Shown piece after piece: positions 52,281-63,088 of a DNA stretch of 64,000 bases (positions within the stretch are counted from its first letter, which is position 1; the number at the start of each line of letters is the position of its first letter). The translations under genes and the position numbers were made by a program. A model generated the notes under the pieces. That model searched no databases. It was not told the DNA's origin and saw nothing but the letters and a program-made list of their open reading frames with translations. The DNA comes from an uncultured Gammaproteobacteria bacterium (lineage in GTDB: Bacteria > Pseudomonadota > Gammaproteobacteria > UBA9214), in contig CAVVHS010000006.1 in the NCBI GenBank assembly GCA_963748215.1, forward strand, positions 352,001 through 416,000, read 5' to 3'.

Positions 52281-52964
52281 ATGACCGGCACCATACAATT
52301 GATCGTCTTCGACTGGGACGGCACCCTGATGGACTCCGAGGCGCAGATCGTATCCTGCCTGCATGGCGCGATCGCCGATCTCGATCTGCCGCCCATGAGC
52401 GACAACACCGTCAAGAACGTGATCGGTCTCGGTCTGCGCGAGGCCGTCGATGCCCTGGTGCCCGGGCGTGACGACCGTTTCCGCCAGGCCTTCGTGGAGG
52501 CCTACCGCAGGCACTGGTTTGCCTCGGACGGATCCAGCCTGTTTGCGGGCGCGTACGAAATGCTCGACAGGCTGCGCGAGCAGGAGTTCATGCTCGGTGT
52601 CGCGACCGGCAAGGCGCGACGCGGATTGATAAGGGTGCTGGAACAGACCGGGCTGACGGAGTATTTCGATGCGACGCGTTGCGCGGATGAAACGGCCTCC
52701 AAGCCGCATCCACGCATGTTGCTGGAATTGATGGACGAACTGGGCATGGCAGCGCGGCAGACGCTGATGGTGGGCGATACCGAGTATGATATGGAGATGG
52801 CGACCAATGCCGGGGCCGGCAAGGTGGCGGTGCGCTCCGGCGTGCATTCGGAGGAACGCCTGTGCCGGCACGGGCCGCTGGTGTGCCTTGACAGTGTGAC
52901 CGATCTGCCGGCGTGGATGTCCACGGCGGGATTTGTAAAACGATGCTTTCAACCGAGCGGGTGA
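52281..52964 (+). CDS. HAD-superfamily hydrolase
   Basis: FDWDGTLMDS, SKPHP, MVGDT.YD. Confidence 0.9.
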   Translation: MTGTIQLIVFDWDGTLMDSEAQIVSCLHGAIADLDLPPMSDNTVKNVIGLGLREAVDALVPGRDDRFRQAFVEAYRRHWFASDGSSLFAGAYEMLDRLREQEFMLGVATGKARRGLIRVLEQTGLTEYFDATRCADETASKPHPRMLLELMDELGMAARQTLMVGDTEYDMEMATNAGAGKVAVRSGVHSEERLCRHGPLVCLDSVTDLPAWMSTAGFVKRCFQPSG

Positions 52965-52968
52965 GTGT

Positions 52969-53988
52969 ATGTCAGACAAGGGACTATTCGGCAGCAAACG
53001 CAAGGGCAATGTGAACTTCGAGTCTCTGGAGAAGGGGCTCGGGGGTGACGACAGCTGGCACCGGGACGTCGTCAACCGGCTGGCATTCTCGGCCCTGGAA
53101 GAGCAGCGCCGGGCGCGACGCTGGAATATCTTTTTCAAGTGCCTGCTGGCCCTGTACCTGCTGGCGCTGCTGATTCTGTACCTGCCGACGGACTGGGCCG
53201 AGCTGCTCGAGGGCACGACCAAGCATACCGCCCTGGTGGAGCTGTCGGGACCGATCTCGGATACCGCCGAGGCCAGCGCGGACACGGTAATCGGCGGCCT
53301 GCGCGATGCTTTCGACAGTGAAAACACCAAGGGCGTGATCCTGCGGGCAAACTCTCCGGGAGGCAGCCCGGTGCAGTCATCCTACATCTATCACGAAATC
53401 AAGCGCCTGCGCGAATTGCATCCGGACATCCCGCTGTACGCGGTGGTGACCGATATCTGTGCCTCCGGTTGTTACTACGTGGTGTCGGCGGCGGATGAAA
53501 TCTACGTCGACAACGCCAGTATCGTCGGCTCCATCGGTGTGCGCATGGACAGCTTCGGCTTCGTCGATGGCATGCAAAAACTCGGCATCGAACGCCGCCT
53601 GTACACGGCCGGCGAGAACAAGGGCTTTCTCGATCCCTTCCTGCCCAGCAAGGAATCGGATGTCGAACATGTCAGGCTGCTGCTGGGCAGTATCCACGAG
53701 CAGTTCAAGAACGACGTCCGGGACGGGCGCGGCGAACGCCTGAAGGATGATGCACAACTGTTCAGCGGCCTGGTGTGGACGGGCGCGGAAAGCGTGGACA
53801 TGGGCCTGGCCGATCATATCGGCAGCGCCGGCAAGGTCGCACGCGACGTGATCGGTGCCGAGGATATCGTCGACTACACGCAAACGCCGGACCTGCTCAA
53901 GCGCATCAGCGACCGCATCGGCGTGGCCATGGTGCGCGCCATGAGCGAGACTTTTTCGAGCAACGCAGGCGGGCCGGTCAAATACTGA
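52969..53988 (+). CDS. sppA: S49 family signal peptide peptidase
   Basis: NSPGGSPVQS, CASG.YY, SIVGSIGV. Confidence 0.88.
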   Translation: MSDKGLFGSKRKGNVNFESLEKGLGGDDSWHRDVVNRLAFSALEEQRRARRWNIFFKCLLALYLLALLILYLPTDWAELLEGTTKHTALVELSGPISDTAEASADTVIGGLRDAFDSENTKGVILRANSPGGSPVQSSYIYHEIKRLRELHPDIPLYAVVTDICASGCYYVVSAADEIYVDNASIVGSIGVRMDSFGFVDGMQKLGIERRLYTAGENKGFLDPFLPSKESDVEHVRLLLGSIHEQFKNDVRDGRGERLKDDAQLFSGLVWTGAESVDMGLADHIGSAGKVARDVIGAEDIVDYTQTPDLLKRISDRIGVAMVRAMSETFSSNAGGPVKY

Positions 53989-54142
53989 CAGGCACCGCGC
54001 GCCGGACAGCAGCCTTTAGCTGCCGATGCGCGTTACCGTGCGCCGATCGATATTATGCCGTCATCAATCGCACGCCTGGCCCGTGAAGGCCGTACAGCGG
54101 GTCGGATTTACACGAACTGCGCTGAAGGCGCCATGAACCTCG

Positions 54143-55426
54143 TTATCCCGGTGGACGGTAGTCCCTGAGCCAGTTCCCGAACTGCCGGGCGGGCATGGGT
54201 TTGGCGATGAGGTATCCCTGCACCTTGTCGCAATGCAACTGCTGCACTGCTGCCAGTGTCTGCTGATCTTCTACACCTTCCGCGACCACGGTCAGTCCGA
54301 ACTTGTGTGCCAGGTCGATTATCAGCGCAACGATATTGGCGTTGGCCTTGTCTTCCAGCAGGCCGGAAACAAATGAACGGTCGATCTTGAGTTCATCCGC
54401 CGGTATATCCCGAAAATAGGAAAGGCTCGAGTATCCGGTGCCGAAATCATCAATCGAGATGGTGATGCCCTCGCTGCGCAGCTCTTTCAGTTTCGCGAAA
54501 CAGTTTTCAGCATCGGTCACGAAATACTGTTCCAGCACTTCCAGGCACAGGGTGATATTTCCGTTTCTCCACAGCCCCTCGGAACTCAGCACCAGATCGA
54601 CGAAGTCGACATGCTCCAGCAACTTGGTCGGGATGTTCACCGAGACTTCCTGCTTGCCCCATTGGCCGGTCCACTCGTTGCTCAGGCGCAATGCACTGTT
54701 CAGCATCCAGATGGTGATCGTTTTCATCAGGCCCAGCTCTTCGGCCACAGGCAGAAAGATGTCGGGCGCCAGCAGGCCGCGGGACGGACAGTTCCAGCGA
54801 ATCAGCGCTTCCGCGCCAGTCGGTTTACCGGTGGCCAGTGATATCTTGGGCTGGAAATAAACACAGAGTTCCGAATTTTCGATTGCGCTGGCAAGTTCGA
54901 TTTCTATATCCCAGTTATCCGGGATGCTCAATTCTTCCGGGCGGTCCGCGACATGGAAAAACTGGTCGGCCTGCATTGATTGCTCCAGGGCTGTCTGGGC
55001 CTCCTTGAGCAGGTCACCGGCCTCGGATCCATGCGCGGGGCACAGAGCGATGCCAATATGTGCGCTGCACACCAGCTTTTCGTTGTCGAGTTCGATCGGG
55101 ATATCGAGCAGGCGCTGGATTTTGAAGGCTGCGAGCGTCGCGTGTCCTTCGTTGGCGATATTGGACAGCAGCAGGGCGAATTCTGTATCTCCCAGCCTGG
55201 CGACACGATCCCCCTGCCGGCATACCTGTTGCAGGAGCCGGGCAATCGAGTGCAGAACCTGGTCGCCGGCGCCATGGCCGTAGAGGTGGTTGATCCGGCG
55301 GAGGCGGCCGATTTTGATCACCAGCAGGGCAATATTGATTTTATGCTCATTCGCCTCGTTGACCCCATCGCGCAGAATATCCATGAACTGGTGGCGGTCG
55401 GGCAGTCCGGTGATGGTATCGGTCAT
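54143..55426 (-). CDS. Degenerate-GGDEF plus EAL phosphodiesterase
   Basis: GDTEF in place of GGDEF; QPK, EAL, DDFGTGYSS, KID and EGVE intact. Confidence 0.9.
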   Translation of the reverse strand: MTDTITGLPDRHQFMDILRDGVNEANEHKINIALLVIKIGRLRRINHLYGHGAGDQVLHSIARLLQQVCRQGDRVARLGDTEFALLLSNIANEGHATLAAFKIQRLLDIPIELDNEKLVCSAHIGIALCPAHGSEAGDLLKEAQTALEQSMQADQFFHVADRPEELSIPDNWDIEIELASAIENSELCVYFQPKISLATGKPTGAEALIRWNCPSRGLLAPDIFLPVAEELGLMKTITIWMLNSALRLSNEWTGQWGKQEVSVNIPTKLLEHVDFVDLVLSSEGLWRNGNITLCLEVLEQYFVTDAENCFAKLKELRSEGITISIDDFGTGYSSLSYFRDIPADELKIDRSFVSGLLEDKANANIVALIIDLAHKFGLTVVAEGVEDQQTLAAVQQLHCDKVQGYLIAKPMPARQFGNWLRDYRPPG

Positions 55427-55459
55427 GGGTTCGGGGTTAGGGGTGCGGCGGTCTGCTGG

Positions 55460-56776
55460 TTACAGGAACAGTTCATTCATGTCCACACCGTAGGCGCCGA
55501 CCGGCAGCCCGCGCGAGACGGTAATGTCTTCACCTGCCTGGGAGAGATCCATCATGACGAACTGGGGCAGCGGCTCCTTGTCTTTATCAAGCAGCAGGAT
55601 GACCGATGGCCGCAGGCGCCTGAGTCCGTTGATCGCGACCACCGCCCCCACTTCGCCGGTACTCAGTTCTACCAGTGATCCCGTGGGGTACAGACCGACG
55701 GCCTGGATAAATTGTTCGATCAGCTCGGCCTGGAATTTTCCGCCGCGTAGCGCGTAGAGTTCGGCGATGGCCTCGTGCGGGGGTTTCGCGTCTGCATCAA
55801 GATGCGGACGCCTGCTGTTCATGGCGTCGTAACTGTCTACAATGCCGGCGATACGACCGAACAGCGGGATCTCGCTGTTGGCGAGACTCTGCGGGTAACC
55901 GCTGCCGTCCGCCCGTTCATGGTGGGTGGCGACCATCTGCAAGGCCTCCATGGCTATGCCGCCATCGGCACTGCCTGGCCGGGTATTCGCGAGAATTTTC
56001 ACGCCCAGGTCAACGTGCGTCTGGATATGCCTGTATTCTTCCGGTGTCAACGGGGCCTTTTTGTGCAGCAGTTCCTGTGGCAAGCCGGTCTTGCCTATGT
56101 CCAACAACAATCCGCCGAGGGCGAGTATCTCGATTGATGATTTTTCCAGCCCGAGATGCCGGCCAAAGGTGGCACACCATACGGATGTACTGAGGGCGCG
56201 TGAATAGGAATAGTCGTCCATCGACCTGAGACTGATGATCCACATCATGGCGGAAGGATTTCTGATGATGCTCGAGGTCATATCGGAAATTCCTTTCCGG
56301 ACAGCCGCGATGTCCAGCTCGCCACCGCGCTCCAGTTCGGATAGCATCTGCTTGAGATCGTTGTTGATTTCCTGGACGATATCTTTTGCTGTTTCCAGTT
56401 CGCTGGTGAACTGCGTGGTTGTCGTGTAGTGCTGTTTCCGTAATTTGCTGAACTCGTCGCGGCTGCGTCCGTTTACCGGTGATTTGGCATGACGCCGCAC
56501 AGTTGCCGGCTGGTGGTGATTTCCTGTGTCTTCCTTGAGAACCCAGAAACGCGGATCGGGTGTACTGCCTTTTTCTACATCGACATAGACGTAATTGCAG
56601 TATTTGCGCAATTTCTCGATATCGTCACAGGTTTTTATCTGGACGCCCTGCAACGTGAAGGGTGTTTTCAGCCAGGGACGATCGAGGCGGGAAACGAACA
56701 TCCCGATTTCGAGACCTTCGATGCTGGTTTTTACTTCTGTGAGCACGCAACAATCCCTGTCTGTCGTGGTGAACAA
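55460..56776 (-). CDS. DUF3391 plus HD-GYP domain protein
   Basis: IGMFVSRLDRPW, HHERADGSGYP, LYPTGSLVELSTGE; LLDIGK in place of HDIGK; start uncertain. Confidence 0.88.
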   Translation of the reverse strand: MFTTTDRDCCVLTEVKTSIEGLEIGMFVSRLDRPWLKTPFTLQGVQIKTCDDIEKLRKYCNYVYVDVEKGSTPDPRFWVLKEDTGNHHQPATVRRHAKSPVNGRSRDEFSKLRKQHYTTTTQFTSELETAKDIVQEINNDLKQMLSELERGGELDIAAVRKGISDMTSSIIRNPSAMMWIISLRSMDDYSYSRALSTSVWCATFGRHLGLEKSSIEILALGGLLLDIGKTGLPQELLHKKAPLTPEEYRHIQTHVDLGVKILANTRPGSADGGIAMEALQMVATHHERADGSGYPQSLANSEIPLFGRIAGIVDSYDAMNSRRPHLDADAKPPHEAIAELYALRGGKFQAELIEQFIQAVGLYPTGSLVELSTGEVGAVVAINGLRRLRPSVILLLDKDKEPLPQFVMMDLSQAGEDITVSRGLPVGAYGVDMNELFL

Positions 56777-57172
56777 TCGATCTGAAGCACAGCCCTGACA
56801 TTATCCGTGGCAACCCGGTGGGTGTGGCTGTCGCTGCTGAGGCGGGGTGCTGGCACCGACCGCTGTCAACCTTCAATCAGTCGGCTAATCATGTGGTTAC
56901 TTGAACGAGCGAAAGCCGTGCAGGACGCCGGCAGGGACGGTTCGCGGAAGCCTGGCCGCGGGGTTGTGTCACGCGTGCGGCGGGAATCGGTTGCGGTCCG
57001 CGTACACGCGGCCGGATGGGCGCGGTAACTGGTTGATCAAACAGGTACAGCAGCGAGAAAGCCGGGTTGTCCTGGATCGGTCAAGCTGCCGGGGCAGTCC
57101 GGGCGGGAGGGCCGTGTGGTGAATCCGCCAGTCGTGCGCGGTTTGCCGGAATCGGCACTCAGGCGCGTCGGG

Positions 57173-57760
57173 TTATGGCAGATCGATCCCGGCCAGCGCC
57201 AGCATGCGCGTCAGCCGGATCAGCGGCAGCCCGATCAGCGCGGTCGGGTCGTCGCCTTCCATGCGCTCGAACAGGGTGATACCCAGCCCTTCCGACTTGA
57301 AGCTGCCGGCGCAGTTGTAGGGCTGCTCCGCACGCAGGTAGCGCTCGATCTGCTTCGCGGCGAGGGTGCGAAACACGACATGGTAGGGGACCTCGTCTGC
57401 CTGCAGGTCGCCGTTTGCGCTGTTCAGCAGGCACAGGCCGGTATGGAAGGTTACGCGTCTGCCGGAGAGGTATGCCAGTTGCGCGGCCGCACGCTCGTGG
57501 TTGCCAGGCTTGCCCAGGATGTCGCTGCCGGTGGTGGCGACCTGGTCGGAGCCGATGATCAGGCCCTGCCGGATGTTGCCGACGGCGCGGGCCTTGGCCA
57601 CGGCCAGGCGTATGACCAGATCCACGGGCGTCTCGCCGGGCAGGGCGGTTTCGTCGACGTCGGGCGCAAGGGTCTGGAAACCGATGCCCAGCCGCGCCAG
57701 CAACTGCTTGCGGAACGGCGACGTCGAGGCCAGTACCAGGGGCGGGGAAGTGGCCGTCAT
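57173..57760 (-). CDS. maf: Maf-family nucleoside triphosphate pyrophosphatase (YceF-like)
   Basis: LVLASTSPFR, IGSDQ, CAGSFKSEGLG. Confidence 0.92.
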   Translation of the reverse strand: MTATSPPLVLASTSPFRKQLLARLGIGFQTLAPDVDETALPGETPVDLVIRLAVAKARAVGNIRQGLIIGSDQVATTGSDILGKPGNHERAAAQLAYLSGRRVTFHTGLCLLNSANGDLQADEVPYHVVFRTLAAKQIERYLRAEQPYNCAGSFKSEGLGITLFERMEGDDPTALIGLPLIRLTRMLALAGIDLP

Positions 57761-57777
57761 GGCATGCGCGACGGCAG

Positions 57778-59609
57778 CTAGTCGTCCGCCCTGATTTCCA
57801 CGAGCGTCTCGTCGGGATTGACGGCATCGCCCTTGGTGACGTTGATGACGGTGACCGTCCCGGCAATCGGTGCCTGGATCTCGGTTTCCATCTTCATGGC
57901 CTCGGTGATGAGTACCGGCGTTCCGGCCTGGACCTGGTCGCCGACCTTTACCAGTACGTCGATGATGGTGCCTGGCATGGAGGTGGTGACATGCCCGGGT
58001 TGCGTCGGGCGCGGGCGCTGGCTGCCGGAGGCGTGCGGTTCACGTTTGCGAGCGCCGCCTTCCGCCGGAATCTCGTCCAGCGTCTCCACCAGCACTTCTT
58101 CGGGGATACCGTCGACCGTCATGTAGAACGGACGGTTGTCAAGCGTGCGGTGCCCGGTGCCGGTTATCTTGATGTGATAGGGCTCGCCGTGCAGGATCAC
58201 CTTGAACTCGGTCGGACAGGAGCGTCGCTCGCCGCTCCCGTTCGCTCACGGTGGCCAGTGGCTCAGGGGTCAGCGTGCCCGCCTTGCGGCTGGTGAGGAA
58301 GTCCTTGCCGAGCTCCGGGAACATGGCATAGGTCAGTATGTCTTCCTCGCAGTCGGCCAGTTCGCCGACGGCCGCGCGCAGCTTGTCCATCTCGTCATCC
58401 AGCAGGTCCGCGGGGCGCACGTCGATGGTGCTTTCCTTGCCGATCGCCTGCTGGCGCACGGCGGGGTCGATCGCTGCCGGCGGACGGCCGTAGCGGCCCT
58501 GCAGGTACAGCTTTACCTCGTTGGTGATGGTCTGGTAGCGCTTGCCGGTCAGGACGTTGAGCACTGCCTGGGTGCCGATGATCTGCGAGGTCGGCGTTAC
58601 CAGCGGCGGATAACCCAGGTCCTTGCGCACGCGCGGTATCTCGGCGAACACCTCTTCGACGCGTGCCAGTGCACCCTGTTCGCGCAGCTGCGTATACAGG
58701 TTGGAGATCATGCCGCCCGGCACCTGGAACACCTGGACGCGCGTGTCCGGGTCGTGGTTGTCGCTTTCGAATTGCCGGTATTTCCTGCGTACCTCGCGGA
58801 AATAGAGCGCGATTGCCTGCAGTGCCTCCAGATCCAGCCCGGTGTCGAAGTCCGTGTCACGCAGGGCGGCGACCAGGCTCTCCGTCGCGGCATGGCTGGT
58901 GCTGCCGGAGAATGACGAGATCGCGGTGTCGATATGCGTGCAGCCGTTTTCCACTGCCTTGAGCAGGCACATTTCGGCGGTGCCCGCCGTGGCATGGCAG
59001 TGCAGGTGCAGCGGCAGGGTGGTGGCCTGGCGCAGCTTGTATGACGAGGTCGGCGGTAACCATCGGCGTGAGCAGGCCGGCCATGTCCTTGATGGCGATG
59101 CTGTGACAGCCCATGTCCTCGAGCTTCCGCGCCATGTCGACGAAGGTCTGCGTGTTGTGCACCGGGCTGGTGGTGTAGCAGATCGTGCCCTGGGCGTGCT
59201 TGCCGGTCTGCAATACGGCCTTGATCGCAGTTTGCAGGTTGCGCGTGTCGTTGAGGGCATCGAAGATGCGGAACACGTCGATGCCGTTGTCCGCGGCGCG
59301 CGCCACGAAGGCGCGCACCACGTCATCCGAGTAGTGCCGGTAGCCGAGCAGGTTCTGACCGCGCAACAGCATTTGCAGGCGCGTGTTGGGCAGGGCCGCG
59401 CGCAGCAGTTTCAGGCGTTCCCACGGGTCTTCCTTGAGGTAGCGCAGGCAGGCGTCGAAAGTGGCGCCACCCCAGACCTCCAGGGACCAGTAGCCGATCC
59501 GGTCCAGCTGTTCACAGACCGGCAACATGTCCGCAGTGCGCATGCGCGTGGCGATCAGCGACTGGTGTGCGTCGCGCAGGATGACATCGGTGATTTGTAC
59601 GCTGGGCAT
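57778..59609 (-). CDS. pycB: Pyruvate carboxylase subunit B / oxaloacetate decarboxylase alpha-like; apparent +1 frameshifts near 59040 and 58215-58250
   Basis: [34 protein letters not shown], biotinyl motif EAMKM. Confidence 0.85.
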
Positions 59610-59636
59610 GGTTGACGGGTATCCTGATAGATTGCG

Positions 59637-61055
59637 TTACAGACCCAGGTGCGCGGACAGTGCGGCGGTAATGGCGGCGCTCAGTTCGCGATTCGGGCGA
59701 CTGGTCGTGTAGCCTACCAGTTCGGGATGAGCCTCAACAAATCCGGTGTCGAACCTACCTTCGCGAAATTCAGGCACCTTGAGTATCTCCATGTAGTAGG
59801 GGATGGTGGTCTTGACGCCGTATACGCCCGTGTCGAGCAGGGCGCGGTTGGCGCGCCTGAGCAACTCTTCCCAGGTCAGCGCCCATACGGTCAGTTTCGC
59901 GCACATGGAGTCGTAGTGGGGTGGAATCTGGTAACCGGTATAGATCGCCGCGTCGGTGCGCACCCCCGGGCCGCCCGGGGCGAAGTAGCGCGTGATGCGG
60001 CCGAAGCTGGGCAGGAAATCGTTCTTCGGATCCTCGGCGTTAATGCGCAGTTCCATGGCGTAGCCGCGGCGCCCGATCTGCTTCTGCGAGTAGGTCATTG
60101 GCAGTCCGTTGGCGATGCGGAACTGCTCCTGCACGATATCGATGCCGGTGATGGTCTCGGTGACGGTGTGCTCGACCTGCAGGCGGGTGTTCATCTCCAT
60201 GAAATAGAATTGCCCGTCGCTGTCGAGGAGGAACTCCACCGTGCCGGCATTTTCATAGTTGACAGCGCGCGCGGCGCGTACCGCCGTCTCGCCGAGCCAG
60301 TGCCGTTGCGTCTCGTCCAGCTGCGGTGAAGGGGCGATCTCGATCAGTTTCTGGTGGCGGCGCTGGATCGAGCAGTCGCGTTCGAACAGGTGCACCACAT
60401 TGCCATGCGCATCGGCCAGTATCTGCACCTCGATATGGCGAGGACGGTCAATGCATTTTTCCATGAAAATATCTGCCGAACCGAACGCCTTGCTGGCCTC
60501 CGACAGCACGCGCTCGTAATTGCGGCGCAACTGCATTTCGTTGTCGCAGCGCCGGATGCCGCGGCCGCCGCCGCCCGAGGTGGCCTTGAGCATGACCGGG
60601 TAGCCGATTCGCGCGGCCAGGATCACTGCCTCGTCCAGGCTGGCGAGATTACCGTCGCTGCCCGGCACCACCGGAATGCCGGCTGCCTGCATGGCTCGGC
60701 GTGCGGCGACCTTGTCGCCCATCTGGCGGATCACCGCGGCATCCGGCCCGATGAAGCGGACGTTGCGCTGCTGGCAGATCTCCGCCAGCAACGGATTTTC
60801 CGACAGGAAGCCGTAACCGGGATGCACCGCGTCGCAGCCGGTGGCGATGGCCAGGTTGACGATGCGATGGGCGTTCAGATAACCGGCGATGGATTCCGGC
60901 CCGATGTTGTAGGCCTCGTCAGCCTTCTTGACGTGCAGGGCATGGCTGTCGGCGTCCGCGTAGATCGCGGCGGAGGTGATGCCGGCCTCCGCGCAGGCGC
61001 GAATGATACGGACGGCGATTTCGCCGCGGTTGGCAATCAGGATTTTCTTGATCAA
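59637..61055 (-). CDS. pycA: Biotin carboxylase (pyruvate carboxylase subunit A)
   Basis: KILIANRGEIA, HPGYGFLSEN, GGGGRG, RDCSIQRRHQK, EMNTRLQVEH; TTG start. Confidence 0.88.
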   Translation of the reverse strand: MIKKILIANRGEIAVRIIRACAEAGITSAAIYADADSHALHVKKADEAYNIGPESIAGYLNAHRIVNLAIATGCDAVHPGYGFLSENPLLAEICQQRNVRFIGPDAAVIRQMGDKVAARRAMQAAGIPVVPGSDGNLASLDEAVILAARIGYPVMLKATSGGGGRGIRRCDNEMQLRRNYERVLSEASKAFGSADIFMEKCIDRPRHIEVQILADAHGNVVHLFERDCSIQRRHQKLIEIAPSPQLDETQRHWLGETAVRAARAVNYENAGTVEFLLDSDGQFYFMEMNTRLQVEHTVTETITGIDIVQEQFRIANGLPMTYSQKQIGRRGYAMELRINAEDPKNDFLPSFGRITRYFAPGGPGVRTDAAIYTGYQIPPHYDSMCAKLTVWALTWEELLRRANRALLDTGVYGVKTTIPYYMEILKVPEFREGRFDTGFVEAHPELVGYTTSRPNRELSAAITAALSAHLGL

Positions 61056-61195
61056 GCGCTGATCCGGGTCATGTGGGTGGCGGCGGTTCCGTCTGTCGCC
61101 GGTGACCCGATTAAGTACGTAATTTCATGACATCTGTCAATAGCATGGCTCCGCCGGAGGGGGCAGGAAATTGCCGTTTTCTCACGGTTTATCTT

Positions 61196-61224
61196 TTGAC
61201 AGTGCCGGGGTGTCCGGGTAGTAT
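61196..61224 (+). promoter_or_regulatory. Sigma70 promoter of yceD-rpmF-plsX-fabH
   Basis: TTGACA-17 nt-TAGTAT. Confidence 0.7.
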
Positions 61225-61233
61225 TTGCGGGTT

Positions 61234-61749
61234 ATGATTGACCACTTGCCCGAGCGCCTTGATCTGCTGGCGACTGCCGATGCGGGACGGGTGCTGCAAG
61301 GCCGTATGCAGCTGGCCAGCCTGGAGCGGGTCCTGCCGGTGCTGAATTCAGACGCCGGTGAACTGCAGGTGTATATCTATCTGGGCAAGGATCCCGACGG
61401 CACGCATTACCTGTCCGGCACCATCCAGGGCGCTGTCGAGTTGCAGTGCCAGCGTTGCCTGAGGCCGCTGAGCATGCCGCTGGACATCGCCTTTCGCCTT
61501 GGCATCGTGCGCAGCAACGAGGCGGCCAGCAAGCTGCACGAACGGTACGAACCGCTGCTTGTCGGTAGCGAGCCTACCCGGATTGCGGAGATTGTCGCGG
61601 ATGAGGTGTTACTGGCCTTGCCGCTGGTGCCCATGCACGGAGAGGATGCGCTGTGCAAGGCACTTGTAACAGCCTATCGGCCGCCGGAAAGCGAGACGCG
61701 GGAAAACCCGTTTGCCGTGCTGGCGGGATTGAAACAGAAACAGCAGTAA
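61234..61749 (+). CDS. yceD: YceD/DUF177 protein
   Basis: [29 protein letters not shown]; upstream of rpmF. Confidence 0.9.
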   Translation: MIDHLPERLDLLATADAGRVLQGRMQLASLERVLPVLNSDAGELQVYIYLGKDPDGTHYLSGTIQGAVELQCQRCLRPLSMPLDIAFRLGIVRSNEAASKLHERYEPLLVGSEPTRIAEIVADEVLLALPLVPMHGEDALCKALVTAYRPPESETRENPFAVLAGLKQKQQ

Positions 61750-61762
61750 GGGAGTAACGACT

Positions 61763-61942
61763 ATGGCCGTACAGCAAAATCGCAAGACGCCGTCGAAGCG
61801 TGGGATGCGCCGCGCGCACGACAAGCTGACAGCAAAAACGTTGTCGATCGAGCCGACCACGGGTGAGACGCATCTGCGTCATCACATCAGTGCCGACGGT
61901 TTCTACCGCGGTCGCAAGGTTATCGCCAAAGACCAGGACTGA
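61763..61942 (+). CDS. rpmF: 50S ribosomal protein L32 (missing from the ORF track)
   Basis: [20 protein letters not shown]...[17 protein letters not shown]. Confidence 0.97.
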   Translation: MAVQQNRKTPSKRGMRRAHDKLTAKTLSIEPTTGETHLRHHISADGFYRGRKVIAKDQD

Positions 61943-62056
61943 TCGTCCTGTCCATGCACAGGAACGGCGCTGTCTGTCCCGGGTATTACCGTATCCGCAA
62001 AGGCGCCGCATCCGGTGTCCTGTACGTATGGAAGCCGTCCGCTTGCCACTCATGCC

Positions 62057-63088
62057 ATGAATAGCCGGGTCACTATCGCGCTGGATGCCATGGGCGGTGA
62101 CGTCGGCTGTGACGTCGTGGTGCCGGCCGCCAGGCTGGCACTGGACAAGCATCCCGATGCCGATTTTATCCTGGTCGGCGACAGCGATACCCTGCTAGCC
62201 GCCCTGCAAAAGGCCGGCTGTGCGGACAATCCGCGGCTGAAAGTCCGGCATGCCAGCCAGTGCGTCGACATGGACGAACCGCCGTCCCACGCGCTGCGCA
62301 ACAAGAAAGATTCCTCAATGCGCGTCGCCATCAACCTGGTCAAGGAAGGTGAGGCGCATGCCTGCGTCAGCGCCGGCAATACCGGCGCACTCATGGCCAC
62401 GGCGCGTTTCGTGCTGAAAATGCTGCCCGGCATCGACCGCCCGGCGATCTGCACGGCCCTTCCCACGCAACGCCAGCACACCTGGATGCTCGATCTCGGC
62501 GCCAATGTCGAGTGCGACGCGGAGCACCTGTTCCAGTTTGCCGTCATGGGATCGGTGCTGGCGCAATCGCTGGATGGCAATGAGCGGCCCGCCATCGGCG
62601 TGCTCAACATCGGTGAAGAGGAGATGAAGGGTAACGAGCAGGTCAAGCACGCCGCGAAACTGATCGCCGGCAGCCAGCTCAACTATGCCGGCTTTGCCGA
62701 GGGCGACGATATCTACAAGGGCAACTTCGATGTCATCGTGTGCGACGGTTTCGTCGGCAACATCGCGCTCAAGACCAGTGAAGGTGTCGCGCAGATGATC
62801 GCCAGCTTCATCAGGCAGGAATTCACCCGCAACATCCTGACCAAAATGGCTGCGCTGGTCGCCATGCCGGTGCTCAGGGCATTTCGTCGCAGGATCGATC
62901 CGCGCCGCTATAACGGTGCCAGCCTGCTGGGACTCAACGGCATCGTGATCAAGAGCCACGGCGGCGCGGATGTGCTGGCCTACGCCAATGCCATCAAGGT
63001 GGCCGTGCTGGCGGCGCGCGAGCGTGTGCCGCAGCGGATCAGGCTGCAGCTTGATGCCTGGCAGGAAGGCAGACAGGAAGCGATATGA
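62057..63088 (+). CDS. plsX: Phosphate acyltransferase
   Basis: [32 protein letters not shown]. Confidence 0.96.
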   Translation: MNSRVTIALDAMGGDVGCDVVVPAARLALDKHPDADFILVGDSDTLLAALQKAGCADNPRLKVRHASQCVDMDEPPSHALRNKKDSSMRVAINLVKEGEAHACVSAGNTGALMATARFVLKMLPGIDRPAICTALPTQRQHTWMLDLGANVECDAEHLFQFAVMGSVLAQSLDGNERPAIGVLNIGEEEMKGNEQVKHAAKLIAGSQLNYAGFAEGDDIYKGNFDVIVCDGFVGNIALKTSEGVAQMIASFIRQEFTRNILTKMAALVAMPVLRAFRRRIDPRRYNGASLLGLNGIVIKSHGGADVLAYANAIKVAVLAARERVPQRIRLQLDAWQEGRQEAI

